A DNA stretch of 63,350 nucleotides, counting the filler, from Sanchytrium tribonematis (taxonomy: Eukaryota): the NCBI GenBank assembly GCA_018985235.1. It is 18 parts of 18 records of this genome, joined end to end, with 100 filler letters (N's around TTAATTAATTAA, not from the genome) between each part and the next. Parts side by side here need not be neighbours in the genome. Positions count along the whole stretch, not along the records: positions 23,111 to 24,774 come from JADGIG010001235.1; positions 24,875 to 26,535 come from JADGIG010001236.1; positions 26,636 to 28,295 come from JADGIG010001237.1; positions 28,396 to 46,082 come from JADGIG010000122.1; 14 more parts are not named here. The stretch is one strand, 5' to 3'. This document shows, in pieces, positions 23,840 to 36,705 of the stretch. Position 1 is the stretch's first letter; each line of letters begins with the position of its first letter. Made by a program: the position numbers and the translations under genes. A model generated the notes under the pieces. That model was not told the origin of the DNA. It was given only the letters and a program-made list of their open reading frames with translations, and did not search any database.

Positions 23840-24774
23840 ATGAAATCACTATATTTCTTATTCATTACGCGTGTATATGGGATATCCTCAGACTGCTCCA
23901 TCATCACTAATTTCCTCAAAGGATTAAATTTACATGTGACAGATCCAACCGTATTTCAAAATATTCCAGCAGATTGCTGCACGACATCTATTTCTGGTTC
24001 AAGAGGGACAGTAATAAGTATGACATGTATTGGGACGGGATCCAGTCAACATATTACAGATTTATATGTTGGAAATGTGAATATTAATGGGCTGATTCAA
24101 AGTCAATATATTCCATCAACTTTGATGGGTTTGGAGATCTCATCAACACCATTAAGTGGATCTATTCCTAGTAATTTACCAAATACGATTAGATCATTGA
24201 GATTATGGAATAATCAATTGACGGGAAGTATTCCAGATACGATTCCAAATCAAATGGTTGAATTTGCTGTTTCTAATAATCAATTGACGGGATTGCCGAG
24301 TGCATTCCCTAGTACATTGAATTATTTGTATTTGAATGGGAACAAGTTTACTAAAATGCCTATATTGCCATCTTTACTCTTGGAAGTGTATTTTTACAAT
24401 AATTTGATATCTGGACCATTGCCCACTACATTTCCACCGTCAATCAATATATTTTACGCATATAACAATCTGATTAATGGGACGATTCCTAGTGGGCTAC
24501 CGAATTCAATGGATCAATTGGATTTGTCAAGTAATAAATTACAAGGGGCGATTCCGTATCCATTGCCATCGCAGTTGCTGGTGTTGCAATTATCAGGAAA
24601 TCAATTGACTGGATTGCCAACAGCATTTCCTAGTTTGAGTGGATTGTATTTAAAAGGTAATTTATTCACTAAAATGCCTGTTTTACCATCTTCTGCCATA
24701 TACGTTGATTTCTCTAATAATTTGATTAATGACAGATTACCCAATGTATTTCCAAGTAGCTTGACGGAATTTAG
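23840..24774 (+). CDS. Secreted LRR protein (3'-partial)
   Basis: Signal-like start, SDC..CC..C cap, LxxLxLxxNxLTGxIP repeats. Confidence 0.9.
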
Positions 24775-24917
24775 NNNNNNNNNNNNNNNNNNNNNNNNNN
24801 NNNNNNNNNNNNNNNNNNTTAATTAATTAANNNNNNNNNNNNNNNNNNNNNNNNNNNNNNNNNNNNNNNNNNNNCACGGTACTGTATCGCCGACACCGGT
24901 CGCGGACTACTCCGAAG

Positions 24918-25400
24918 CTATGGAAATTCGCATCTCCCCGTTTCATAGACAAGTACGTAACACCCACGACGTATCAAGGACTTGTACATTTCCTTGTTGG
25001 TACTGTCTTTTTCATAGGCAACAGAGGTTCTTGAAAATTGAACAATGTCATCTAGTGAATGTAAAGATACTAGATCAATTGGACTGGCGGGCTTGGTCTT
25101 GGACTTGTGGTAACCTAGTGTAACAGCTGTTCCAACAGTTCCAATTATCAATGAATAGACAACAGACTTTTCTATTGTCTTGACACGATTAAAATAATCT
25201 TGCAACTGTTCTAGAGTCATTGGTTGCTTGGACTTTATTTCAAGTGTCTTGCCGGTAACCCTAGAACTGATGTTACCTCGAGTGAAATTGTTTAAAAACA
25301 AGGAAAATTGTTTATACGTAACCATTTGACTACCTGGAATCGCAATAGAAAACTGACGCTTGTCATTGGATATTTCAACGGCTGTCAACAACTGGCTCAT
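24918..25400 (-). CDS. Hypothetical protein downstream of the Sola-like transposase, possibly element cargo
   Basis: 160-aa ORF starting 58 nt after the transposase stop, same strand. No recognised motif. Confidence 0.35.
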   Translation of the reverse strand: MSQLLTAVEISNDKRQFSIAIPGSQMVTYKQFSLFLNNFTRGNISSRVTGKTLEIKSKQPMTLEQLQDYFNRVKTIEKSVVYSLIIGTVGTAVTLGYHKSKTKPASPIDLVSLHSLDDIVQFSRTSVAYEKDSTNKEMYKSLIRRGCYVLVYETGRCEFP

Positions 25401-25458
25401 AAATTTACTTTATAAAATAATAATTTAGCAAATCAAATAGGAATGAAGTCATAAATTT

Positions 25459-26535
25459 TTATTGAAATAGATATTCTTGCTTGAATTCCTCGGGTACATA
25501 TCGCGCAGCTCTCTTGAGATCTGTTTGTTTTTTAACGGTCAAATTTGGCGTTTCCAAAGTTTCAGGTTCAAAAGCGTAAAACGAATTGGGTTTTCCTTGA
25601 TGTTTCTTTAAATCGATAACAGTTGTGTTTTCATGTAAATCTTGGACATGTCGTTTCAATTCCACTTTACCAGGATCAGAATGTTTAAATACAAATGAAT
25701 GATACTGTCCAATATTTGAAATGTCAATGAAAAAGTCGTCTAATTTAGATCTGTAGTCCTTGAATCGATGACTTGGGAAAATCTTACCAGAATTCGCAGT
25801 AGAAGACTCTTGAATCAATTGGTTGGCCTGAGAAAGTGTGTAGACATTACTTTGCAAGTACTTTTTCTTGATGTTTCCAAATCCTGAATCAGGACTGAAT
25901 TTCGTATGTCCTTTAATCATGAATTTCATTTCAATAGTCTCGCATTTTCCAGTCAAGCACAACCAATTCAATAATTTCATGACGGTATTGTTTTTGTTTT
26001 GCCCTACACAATTGTCTGCAAATAAAACCAAGTGTTTACGTTGTTGTTCTGGTAAACGGTAAATGTAATCAATCAGGATACTCGTGACATTGTTGCTTCC
26101 CTTTTTCCCTTGGTCTTCACGGTAAAGGTAATTGAGTTGTTTTTGTCTTGTTTCATTGAAAATGCCAAATAAATGGATATTCAGTAATGACATGAAATAG
26201 ATTTCCGAGGGTTGATCCGTGAAACTTGGCAAACACAAGTTTTGGCTATAGTCAAACGACAGACAGGTTACATTTGCAAGAGATTTACATCGATTGTAAT
26301 CTAATCGTGCCAATTTTGCATGTCTCAAATGTTTTTGAAACTCGTTAGTAATTTGAGTCAAAGCAGTGTCAGTTGTCATTCCATTTAATTGGGTCTTGAA
26401 TTCAGTGCAAGTATCACACATGTCTGACCTCGGTGATCTGATTTTAATCATTTCACAGTCATGAAACAAGCGTCGAAAGGTTTCGAAATGTACTTGAATG
26501 GCATTTTCTGTTTGATTGTAAATACCATGCAATCG
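25459..26535 (-). mobile_element. Sola-like DDD transposase (5'-partial, open frame)
   Basis: PRSDMCDTC..H, LSFDYSQNL.LP, KGSNNV.S, LFADNCVGQNKN, KGHTKFSPDSGFG. Confidence 0.75.
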
Positions 26536-26635
26536 NNNNNNNNNNNNNNNNNNNNNNNNNNNNNNNNNNNNNNNNNNNNTTAATTAATTAANNNNNNNNN
26601 NNNNNNNNNNNNNNNNNNNNNNNNNNNNNNNNNNN

Positions 26636-28295
26636 GTGCCAGATTGTTGGCACTATTACGTTTGTTTGTAATATTTTCATTTCCCAAAACTCTTCTGAGC
26701 ATTATGGGATCAAGACTGTAATTGAGCAATAATTCTGCCGGCGATTTACCTGTGGATGAGTTTGTAGAATTATTTATCGACAAGACACTCCAGTGTAAAG
26801 CATCTGTCCAATGTGCATTATGTGAATGCTTGTATGCTCTAGCTTTATTATCCAGTTCTCTGTGAACTCTTTCTACAGGATTCTGAAAATGAGCATATGG
26901 TGCAGTTTGTTGTAATTTAGCACCTATTGATTTAGCAAAAGCGAAAAACTTTTTGCTTTTATATAATGCCATATCCACGACAATTTCTTTTGGTGGACCA
27001 AAGATTTGTATCCAATGTCTCTGAATTGCATAAATTGCATTATAGACTTTTGTAGAATTTGTTGGTATAGCATTTAAGAATCTTGAGCAATCGTCAAGTA
27101 TACTTACTATGTATTTTTCATCAGTGTGGTGATCTGGATGAATAGGTAGTGCTCCCTTGAAATCAATATGTATTCTTTCTAAAATATTTGCAGGGATTCT
27201 AGTTTCAAATTGGTGTTGTAGTTTAGGAGCTTTAGCCAAAATACAAGTTTTGCAAGATTTGACAAAATTTTTGATTCTAGATTGCTTTGAAGGAAAGTAG
27301 TAATCATTCAAGTATATAGATACCTGATGTGATCCTGCATGTCCTGAAATAGCACTATTATGTGATAGATTTAATATGAATTCTACTAACTGTTCTGGAA
27401 CACAGATTTTCATTTTGTTATTACTCAGTTTGTACAAGACTCCGTCCACTTCTGCAAGTTTTGAAGTTTTGATTGATTTTTGAGCAATTAAAGCTAAATC
27501 TTTGTTTGTTCCAATTTCCAATCAACAGATTCTAATGATTGAAGCACAATGTGATTTGGTTTAGCTTCCGAATCTGAAGGAGAAACTTGCTTTTCATCTA
27601 TGTTCTTTGCTTTTGACCTTAAATTCATTGCCTTTAACTCAACCGATGGGTCATACCAATATCTGCTTAATGCATCGGCGGCTGTGTTCTTATTACCCGG
27701 TATGAAGGCTATTGTTAGATGGTATTGCTGTAACTTGCAAACCCATCTAGTCAATCTACCGGATGTGCAAGTAGTACCTGAGGTGACAGTATTGCACTTT
27801 TTAAGTTTTCAAAAGCTTGCTGTTCCTTTTAGTCCATAGGAACTCCTCATTTTTCTTAGTTAATTCATACAGTGATTGACTAAGTGTGGCATATTTGTGG
27901 ATAAAGCATCTATAGAAGCTTGTAAATCCTACAAATTGTCTTATTTCAGTTATATTTCGGTTTGAACGCTTTTACTGCTTCAATTTTTGCTTCAGTTGGT
28001 CGGATTCCATCATTTGATACTTAGGAAGTGGATAAGCATCAAATTTTGTATGCTTATTAAGTGGCTTGTAGTTGACACAAAATCTCACTTGACCATCAGG
28101 TTTTGGATTCAGCACCACTGCGGCTCTCCAATCTGAATTTGACGGTTCGATAATTCCGTTTTCCAACATCTTTTGTACTTCTTCCTTGACAATGACAATT
28201 TCGGTTTGACTTAGTCTAAGAATTCCTGCTCTGACAGGTTTGGTGACTTCTGTCCGAATGTGATGGCGAATTTTAACTCGGCTAGTGGTTTCCTT
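26636..28295 (-). mobile_element. Degenerate Ty3/Gypsy pol: RT start, internal deletion, RNase H end, integrase
   Basis: MLENGIIEPSNSDW..VVL.PKPDG..RFCVNY..LN..T..D.YPLP. RW..LQQY...I.F.PG..N..ADALSR. HHCC finger, then IHIDF / ILDDCSRF / ERVH. Frameshift near 27505. Confidence 0.92.
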
Positions 28296-28395
28296 NNNNN
28301 NNNNNNNNNNNNNNNNNNNNNNNNNNNNNNNNNNNNNNNTTAATTAATTAANNNNNNNNNNNNNNNNNNNNNNNNNNNNNNNNNNNNNNNNNNNN

Positions 28396-29018
28396 CTATT
28401 TTGGCAGGCAATAAATAAATTTTCGTCAACATATATTAGCTTTGAAATATTGCCTTGAAAATTTAGTGATTTAATTATGGTCATGTTGTGATCCAAAATG
28501 ACGACTTTATGATCATAGCCACCTGTCGCTATGTTGTTTCTATTTACGGAAATGGTATTTAAATACTTTTGATGAGTTTGTACGATTTCACATTCCTTAG
28601 TGTGTAAATTAGTTTTTGATAATTTACCGTCTATACCTCCCATGCAAATAAAATCTTCATAAATTTCCACACATAATATTGGTGTTTTGTGTCCTAATTT
28701 ATCGGCGAGATAATAATCGTGAGGTTGAATGCAAACAGATTTGTCGACACTACTTGATATGATTCTATCGTCATGGTATTTGCAAAACAAAATGTTATCT
28801 GTGTGGGTATGCGATATTTCTTTGATATGGTAGTCCTTAAACAAAAGCGACTTTTTGCTTGAAGGATTTAGTTGAATCCACAATTTTATCAAATCTTGCA
28901 ATGTGGGTAAATCAACAGATTTGGTTTCAATATCTTGTTTTGCCTCTTTATCGAAAGACTTTAATGTCTCATTCATATCGTGGGATGTTAAAAACTGTCG
29001 AACGCATCTCCATTCCAT
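28396..29018 (-). CDS. LisH + WD40-repeat protein (3'-partial)
   Basis: VRQFLTSHDMNETLKSFDKE (LisH-like). HTDNIL..SSSVDKSV, GHKTPIL, H.KY..ATGGYDHKV. Confidence 0.75.
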
Positions 29019-29054
29019 TGTATTTGTAGCAAAAGTTCTCCATTCGAAACTACA

Positions 29055-31153
29055 ATGTCAGCAAATGCTTTTCAAAGGTTGCAACAACTGGTGGACTATC
29101 ACCCTTTAGAGGCCATTAAAGAATGCGAAAAAATATTGAAAAAACAGCCGAATATTTTAATAAAGGCTTATTTAGCACTGGCATATTGCAAAACTGGAAA
29201 TGATAAAGCAACCCCGATTATAAATGACTTGATTAGCCTTCATGTAACTGATCCGCAAATTTTAAAGATAATTAGCATATGTTATAGGCATCAGGGATTA
29301 TACAACAAAATTCCAGAAGTCTACGAATCAATTTGGAAATTAAATGAAGAATTGGCGTGTCAGTATTTTATGGCACTTATTCGAACTCATGATTTTAAAA
29401 AGCAACAGATTGTATCCTCATTTTTATACAAATTAACCAAGAAGCAAAAGTATGTAGCATGGACGGGCGCTGTTTTATATTTACAGTCTCAAGCTGAAGT
29501 AGATAAAAAGGAACTTTTATTAAAATTGGGACTAAAAACTTTTGAAAAATTAACCGAAAAGAATTGGCATACTCAATTTATATACTCTGAAATATCGAAA
29601 TCTTTAAAATTATACGAAAATGTTACTTCATTTCCTTTGAAGAATCTGGATACTGATTTACAGATTATAGAGTCTTTCAAGGCTTTAAATTTGTTGGATG
29701 ATTATTTTAAATCTGTCGAGTCAATAATTTTAAGAGATCAGGCTGAAAATTGGGATTTGTTGAAGGAATACGCAGAGGAGTGTCACAAAAACAAGAAAGA
29801 ACCCATAATACTACAACATTGCTCTATTAGCGGTCATAAAAACAAACTTTTATTTCAAATTTACTTCAACCACTTGCAAGAATTGTCAATTGATTCTTTT
29901 GTTAAGGAATATTTTGAGACTTATGGCAATCAGCCATCGCTTTTTGATGATATTGTATTTCTTTTTTCTTTAGGAATCAAAAAAGAAATAGTTAGACCAT
30001 TCCTCGAAGAGCTAGATCCCTTGACGATTGTCTCATTTTCTGAAGTCATCAAATACTCAAATATGGCAAAATTCAAATACTATTTAGATTGTAAAAATGT
30101 AACCTCTATCGAGATTTTTAATCTTTTATTGAAAAAATTTCCACCAAAAGAAGAAAAAGAAGCAAATTCAATTGATGATCTACTAATGCTTTGTGTTTTT
30201 GAGATATTGCAGAATTCCAGTATTAATTCAAAATTTGATGCATTGAAAGTGCTGCTTTTTGGTATCAAGCACAGAAAATTCAACGTTGTCATGAAAATCT
30301 GGGCAATAGAGTTACTATCGTATTTCAAACATCCATTGGCCATTAAACTATATGAAAGTCTAGAAATTAAAAATATTCAGGTGGACATGTTAAGTTACAT
30401 TTTGCTAGACAAATTAAATTTTATGGGGCTACATAAGCAAGCGATTGAACACGCATTTTTCACATCGTCACTTCAAGTTAACAATCTTCATGAAACTCCG
30501 GAAATGATTGCACAAGCCTATCATCATGAGACATTAATTAATGTTTTGGAATTTTATGATTTTGAAAAAAGAATCTCAAATTCCCTGTCTAGATATTGTG
30601 CCCAAGCGGAGGCAATTCGTGGTTATATGTTTTTAGAAAGCCAGTCATTCTCAGAGGTGCTGGTTGGTCTTGGAATGCAAATTGTTCCAGTGCCCGATGT
30701 TGTTAGAGATAATAGAGATTATAAAATTTATCAAATCATTGGAGACTATAAAATCCCATTTAGATCCGATCGTCATTGGGCACTGTTGTGGTATCACGTA
30801 TTCAAGTTGATGCTAGATTTATCTTTAAAGTTGGACATTTCTGTAATGGAAAACTTGAAAAACGTAGAGTTGTCTGGGTTATCGAAAATGTATCGAGATC
30901 ACATTTTAGAAGGCATAAAATCTAAGAAATTTATATACAAAGGTCATTATTTATTTACATAGAACATGTCGCTGATAAACTATTTAACACGCAAATCAAC
31001 AAGGAAGTTAGAAATATCCTTAAAAGAATTTCTTCACTTTCAAAAATTGAAATTGATTTGAGTGACATTCAAGTAGATCTGGATTCTATACAATCCACAC
31101 TGGAGATTGATTGTGGCTACAAAGATGCAGATCTGTTAAAATACTATAAATAA
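29055..31153 (+). CDS. NAA25: NatB auxiliary subunit (NAA25/MDM20); join(29055..30942,30963..31153)
   Basis: TPR-like N-terminus. Y.SLEIKNIQ.D.L.Y, ETPEMI.QAY...V.EF..F..R..NS. A 20-nt intron extends the C-terminus to give 692 aa. Confidence 0.85.
30943..30962 (+). other. 20-nt spliceosomal intron
   Basis: GTCATTATTTATTTACATAG. Removal opens about 63 further codons that end 1 nt before the ATG1 stop. Confidence 0.7.
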
Positions 31154-31154
31154 A

Positions 31155-33107
31155 TCAGATTTTCTGCAGCTGTTGTAATTTTTTGTTGATGATTGTCATG
31201 ACATCAATGATATTTGTTTCATAAGATTTAAAAAACAATTTGATTTTGTTACTGACCTCAGCATGCAGCAAGACACTCATTGGATCAGGGTAAAGCAACA
31301 TAGACTCTAAAATATTTAAACTTTGTTTATATTCTTGAGCTTTTAGATAATCAATGCTCTTTAAGAAAAGAAAATTGGTGTACTGTTTAATATAATGGAC
31401 TTCATCAAAGTCAGAATGGTGCAAATCATTTAGCTTTTCATATACCTGGGACAAAAATGCCAAATGCCATGATTGTAGTTTTCTCAAGTGCTTGCGAGCT
31501 GCTAAAATTGACTTTTGAATGTAGCTGATATCTTGCAGAATCATGGTACAGATTAAACACCCTACTCTAAACAAAATCGCAGTATTAGCTTGTATGACAA
31601 ATAATTGGTAGATTGTCATTAAGCGATCAATTTTTCTTTCCAATTCCTCCATAATGTGATTAACAGTTGGTTGAATGTCATCACTTAGACCAATGCAATT
31701 TTTCTTTGCATAATTCAAACAATCTTCTGCCTGCAGTAATAGATCACTCTCAGTTAGTCTGACCGATAAGTCTGTGTCAAAATTAGCCTGAACAGGAGAT
31801 TGAATTTGGCTAGTTGGTGAATAACTTAAATTTAGCCCACTTAATCTTTTTAATGGCTTATTTTCATAACTGCTTTTCTCCAAAATAACAAAGTCATCTT
31901 GTATTTTATCAGTAATACTTGTGCTTAATCCAGTGTTAGTAAGCTCTGACAATGACTGTTTTCTCGATAAATAATTTTGCAGGCTACTGCTTTTAAAGGT
32001 TGGGGGAGAGTTCAAATAAATCCTGTTGAAGCTACTATTAAATTGGATTGGTTCGGCATTTTTCAAAGGACTAAGCCTCTCTTTGCTCTTGCTAAATGAT
32101 GAAGTAGCACTACTTGTCCTTCTATGATAAACTCTTTGTCTTACTTTTGGCTGCTCATCCATATTAATAGGAATTATTGATTGGCATTGTTTGACAACAG
32201 CATGGCCAATGAAGTGGTCAAAATCAATTCTATATTTTGGATCAACCTGCAATAAATGTCTCAAAAGTTCTTGGATGTCTAATGGAATATCTGCGTAATT
32301 AACATTTGGTGTTTGGTTAATAATTTTTAATAGTTCTAGATGATTGTTGGCCATAAAAGGTACTTTTCCGATAAAACACTCATATAAAATAACACCCAAC
32401 GACCATAAATCGACTTTGTAATCATACTGCTCATATTTTAATACTTCTGGCGCCATGTACAATGGACTTCCACATATTGTTTCGGCTAGCTTATTATCTA
32501 AAATTGCGGCGAAACCAAAATCTGCAATTTTGGCCATGGGAAGATATTTAAAGTCTATCTTGCGGTAATTGACCAGCAGTATTTCTTGTTCTAAAATCGG
32601 ATAGTCATCTAAGACACTAACGAAGGGATGGATTAAAATATTTTGAGGCTTCAGATCCCTATGAATAATGTTAAATTGATGACAAAATGCCAAAGCACTT
32701 GAAATTTGAGCCAATATGAGCTTAACTATGACGGGATCTAAACCATTATTATGCTGATACATTATGCTAGGCAAATCCATTGCCGATATAGGAAATGTCT
32801 TTCTTTTTATAAAGTATCCTAAATCTGTTAAGCAGTATTCCAGAATAATATTATAACTAAATGGTGTTTTTTCCGAGGCAATTAACTTCACGATGTTGTG
32901 ATGCATTAATTTTTTATGAATTGCAATTTCTTGATCCAAATTCACCAACATTTTGCGATTCATTGATGTCACGTCAACTGCTTTTAGCGCATAAAAAGCT
33001 GAAGAATTTTTTCTCTCGCTCACTTTGTAGACAGTTGCAAAGCTGCCTTTTCCAATCTTATCTTCAACTATATAATCAAGTACGATTGATCCTTTTTGAA
33101 GATTCAT
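31155..33107 (-). CDS. ATG1: Autophagy Ser/Thr kinase Atg1/ULK
   Basis: IGKGSFATVYK, HRDLKPQNIL, KIADFGFA..LAETICGSPLYMAPEVL.YEQYD.KVDLWS, PF.A.NH.ELL, DDFVILEK. Confidence 0.9.
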   Translation of the reverse strand: MNLQKGSIVLDYIVEDKIGKGSFATVYKVSERKNSSAFYALKAVDVTSMNRKMLVNLDQEIAIHKKLMHHNIVKLIASEKTPFSYNIILEYCLTDLGYFIKRKTFPISAMDLPSIMYQHNNGLDPVIVKLILAQISSALAFCHQFNIIHRDLKPQNILIHPFVSVLDDYPILEQEILLVNYRKIDFKYLPMAKIADFGFAAILDNKLAETICGSPLYMAPEVLKYEQYDYKVDLWSLGVILYECFIGKVPFMANNHLELLKIINQTPNVNYADIPLDIQELLRHLLQVDPKYRIDFDHFIGHAVVKQCQSIIPINMDEQPKVRQRVYHRRTSSATSSFSKSKERLSPLKNAEPIQFNSSFNRIYLNSPPTFKSSSLQNYLSRKQSLSELTNTGLSTSITDKIQDDFVILEKSSYENKPLKRLSGLNLSYSPTSQIQSPVQANFDTDLSVRLTESDLLLQAEDCLNYAKKNCIGLSDDIQPTVNHIMEELERKIDRLMTIYQLFVIQANTAILFRVGCLICTMILQDISYIQKSILAARKHLRKLQSWHLAFLSQVYEKLNDLHHSDFDEVHYIKQYTNFLFLKSIDYLKAQEYKQSLNILESMLLYPDPMSVLLHAEVSNKIKLFFKSYETNIIDVMTIINKKLQQLQKI

Positions 33108-33174
33108 AATTTAGGATGTTTCAGAAATTTAGCGAAATTTATTGAGGCCAAATCTGAGACAAAAATTCTTAAAA

Positions 33175-33822
33175 TCAAGGTAATTTAAACTTTTGAGATT
33201 TTTTCTTTGCAAAATCTAGTCCATCGCGAATAAAGTACTCCAAAATTTTGTGCAATTTGTCCAAGTTTTTTAATTTGATAGTACCGCCTATTTCACTCGA
33301 CATGGCTAAATCCAACTGATAATCTAACAATTTCACCGTCAAAGTTGAATGGCTTCCATTTTCGTGAGCTGTTAAGTCGATGTCTAGACCAATGTCAAAG
33401 CTCGAGGATGGCTCAACATCCACAATAAAGGGAAGGTAAATATTGTTGTAAAATAAGTTACCTTGAACTTGTACCATTAATGGCGGATGTACTACTAATG
33501 TAAATATACTATAATCTTGAGTGGTTGTCATATTTGTACATTCAATAAATCCGTTCCAATCTATATTTACGTTAAATTCTTTTATAAATGCTAAATCTGG
33601 GTGTATTTTATCAACATATTGTCTAGCAATATTGGTTAGTAATATGTTGAGAGCATTGTGGACAGTCGAATGAATTTTGTCGCTGATCGAAAATTCTTCC
33701 GAAATAGGTGCCTTTTTCGGTTTTTTAAGCGGTACTCTACTGCCATACACAAACAGAAATATATAAAGGAAACCGGCAATAATTATTAACATTGTCAGCA
33801 TCCCTGAAATAAATTCTATCAT
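33175..33822 (-). CDS. MMM1: Reduced SMP-domain ER membrane protein, MMM1-like (ERMES)
   Basis: N-terminal TM. C-terminal DYQLDLAMSSEIGG..KLKNLDKL resembles the Mmm1 signature. Confidence 0.5.
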   Translation of the reverse strand: MIEFISGMLTMLIIIAGFLYIFLFVYGSRVPLKKPKKAPISEEFSISDKIHSTVHNALNILLTNIARQYVDKIHPDLAFIKEFNVNIDWNGFIECTNMTTTQDYSIFTLVVHPPLMVQVQGNLFYNNIYLPFIVDVEPSSSFDIGLDIDLTAHENGSHSTLTVKLLDYQLDLAMSSEIGGTIKLKNLDKLHKILEYFIRDGLDFAKKKSQKFKLP

Positions 33823-33931
33823 ATTTCAAACAAGGATTCGAAGTTTTAATCACCATGTATGTTTTAAAGACCCTAATAATGCCAAAATTTTAACAACTAC
33901 GAACAAACGTTCCAAATACAAAGCTCTGAAA

Positions 33932-36089
33932 ATGAGTTCACTTTTAGGCCAAATGTTTTATCATCTAACAGTCTATTCTCTAATAACCAATATTCAAATC
34001 AATGATGTATCGATCGCAGATTCCGACTCGATAAATTTTGTTTTTGAAGCTTTTGGAGTCGAGCACGATATCACTTTACAAAAAAATAATTTTTTGAGTG
34101 ACAATTTTACAGCTTTCGAATACTCGTCCAGTAGCATTCAGACGGTCGCCATTGAAAATTGTTATTATATCAGCGATATGGCCGCTTTCAGTTACTGCGA
34201 CAAGTTGGATGGATTATTTTTTAGCAAGGAATTGAATGAAACAATTTCAGTGAAGCCTATTGATAATAAACAGTACAATATCACCAGGAATGTTACTTTT
34301 GATCTTGGTAATGGCTGGTGTCCAGATTCTTTGCCTTTGAATTTAAAAGTCGACAAGAACCTGTTATTGAAGAAGAGAGCTCTAACTTCAGCATTAATTG
34401 AAATATTAGCAGTAGCAGATATTTCCATGTACAAAAAATACGTTGCGACTACAGCGCAACACATTTTGGATGTATTTAATTACGCTGCTTCAATATATTC
34501 ACAAAATTCTAATACTTTTGCGGTACCAATTACGTTACAGTTAAATTCAGTGATCATTTTCAAAGAACCTATGTTGACCAGATATGACACGACTAGTGTT
34601 CTCTCATCTGTACATGAATTTTATAATGATTTATCAACTAAGACTATATTTCCTAGCGCCAAATATGACTATATCAGAAATGTAGATCATGTCACACTTT
34701 ACATGACACCTTCATTTGTGGAATACGGTGTGATTGGGTATTTGAGTCTAATTTAGTGTTGCTAATTTGCAAGCAATGTGTTCACTTTATTCTGTAAGTG
34801 CCGTGTCAGAGTCATACACAAATGGTGATGTTGGTCAAACTGGATACGCGTATGGTCACGAGCTTGGTCATTCATTAGGGGCAATTCACGACGCTACAGG
34901 TACAGCTGCATCCTGTCCTGCAAACATCAATATCATGAGCCCCAGCATTATCATGTCACTACCACATACATTTTCTTCTTGCAGTGTGGCTAATATAAAT
35001 GGATTTCTAGAGAGTACTTCAAGTTCTTGTCTAGGCATTCGAGCAGGATATGGTGTTACAAGTGGAAATGTCACTATGTGCGGAAATGGAATCGTTGATG
35101 AGGGAGAGCAATGTGATACGTTTGGTGTGGCTACTGCTTGTTGTAATGCCAATTGTACTTTTAAAGCAAATGCGCAATGTGACGATTCCAATGGCCAATG
35201 TTGTCAATCTTGTAAAATTGCTTCAAATTCGACTATTTGTAGACCATATACTAACAACCCATTTACTGATGCATGCACACTTCCTTTAGATAGAAACACA
35301 AAATGTGATGGAACTAATATTTATTGTCCTTTAAAGTCTTATATCCAATCCGGTACCGTTTGCAATGCTAATAGCGCATCTGGATTTTGTAATGAAGGCT
35401 ACTGCTTGACAAGGCCTTTTATTTGTTCTCAATATGGACTTACTTTTGGAAAGTGCGATAAGCAAAACGCTTGCACTGTGATTTGCGACAATGGTAATAG
35501 TTGTTACAACACTCAAATAGAAATGACCGATGGAGTAGCTTGTGGGGCTGGATCAAATGGGACTTGTCAAGTCGGCACTTGCATATTTCCGACTCCGCCT
35601 CCACAAGTAGTCTCTTCTGCTGTTGTTTTGAACAGTTCTCCACACTCGACTGGAAGCTTCTCCAATGTTGTTTCCACTTCAAAATCAACTACATTTTTAG
35701 TTGACTTGTCAAATTCTATAGATTATACTACACATACATTGACAACCAAAAATGAGTCACTTCTTTCATATTACAATAGCACGGTTCTATTTGTGCCCAA
35801 TGAAACCTACTCAGACAACATCACCATTTCGAAAGATTCCTCTACTGTTATTAATTTACTGTCTCAAAAGAGCTTCATAAGTACGATTGTCCCTGCGACT
35901 GTGCCTACAAGAAAACCCATAATTCAAACTACGCAAAAATCTTCAACTCCATCATTTTTAACAACCAACATCGCTGTAGTTGCAAGTCCTGTAGCAACTA
36001 CAACCTCGGAGGAAACTTTGCAAATACAATATGATTCTTCCTCTATATTGTTTATTTCATGGTCTGTCTTGTTCTTTGTATTTTATTAG
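33932..36089 (+). CDS. ADAM-family metalloprotease/disintegrin with S/T stalk and C-terminal hydrophobic (GPI/TM) tail; join(33932..34737,34757..36089)
   Basis: KKR processing site, HELGHSLGAIHD zinc motif, Met-turn IMSP, CGNGIVDEGEQCD disintegrin. A 19-nt intron restores VIGVANLQAMC. An alternative start exists at 33953. Confidence 0.92.
34738..34756 (+). other. 19-nt spliceosomal intron
   Basis: GTATTTGAGTCTAATTTAG with a CTAAT branch motif. Splicing yields the reprolysin G-x-A-x3-MC motif. Confidence 0.85.
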
Positions 36090-36113
36090 TCAATAAAATT
36101 AATTTCTGGTATA

Positions 36114-36492
36114 TTATGACTGGTTTTTATCAGAATAAATTTCGAATAAATCCATAACTCTGTCTTTCGCAAGATCTTTCACATGTAGAGGACTTGTTAT
36201 TCCAACATCTTCGCATTGTCGTTTAAACTCATCACATCGAGTAAGATGCCGAACCCTCATATCTTTCCTAACAGCGCTTCTCTGATTTTTTCCGCACAAT
36301 AAGCAGGTAGCGGAACCTAAGTAAATTAGAATTACCACCATGTACAGACCGCATATGTCTATAATAATCATAAGATCGATGAAATCTCTTATTGCATTCC
36401 AAACATTTTATTAGGGAACTCACATCATCCATGATGAACATCAGCGACATTTTTGAGAGATTCCGGTCTGATATGGAAGTAAATTGAGTCAT
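36114..36492 (-). CDS. Small two-finger zinc-finger protein; join(36336..36492,36114..36316)
   Basis: CLECNKRF.RSYD..RH.RSVH spliced to GGSAT-CLLCGK..RKD..RHL.RC. 119 aa. Confidence 0.8.
36317..36335 (-). other. 19-nt spliceosomal intron
   Basis: GTAATTCTAATTTACTTAG on the minus strand. Joins finger 1 and finger 2 in frame. Confidence 0.85.
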
Positions 36493-36705
36493 TAATGTTG
36501 TTTTGGACTAGTGGTGGGACCTATTTAAATGTCCAAATGTACCGCAATAAGGCAGAAGGTCCAAAATTAATCGCAAGTTTCATTTACTCTAAATTATAGT
36601 AGCCGATACATTTTACACTCTAATCATGGATACACGCTGTATTATTCAATTTTTATACAATATAAGAATTTCGTGAAATTTAGATTTTTGTAACGGGAGT
36701 ATTTT

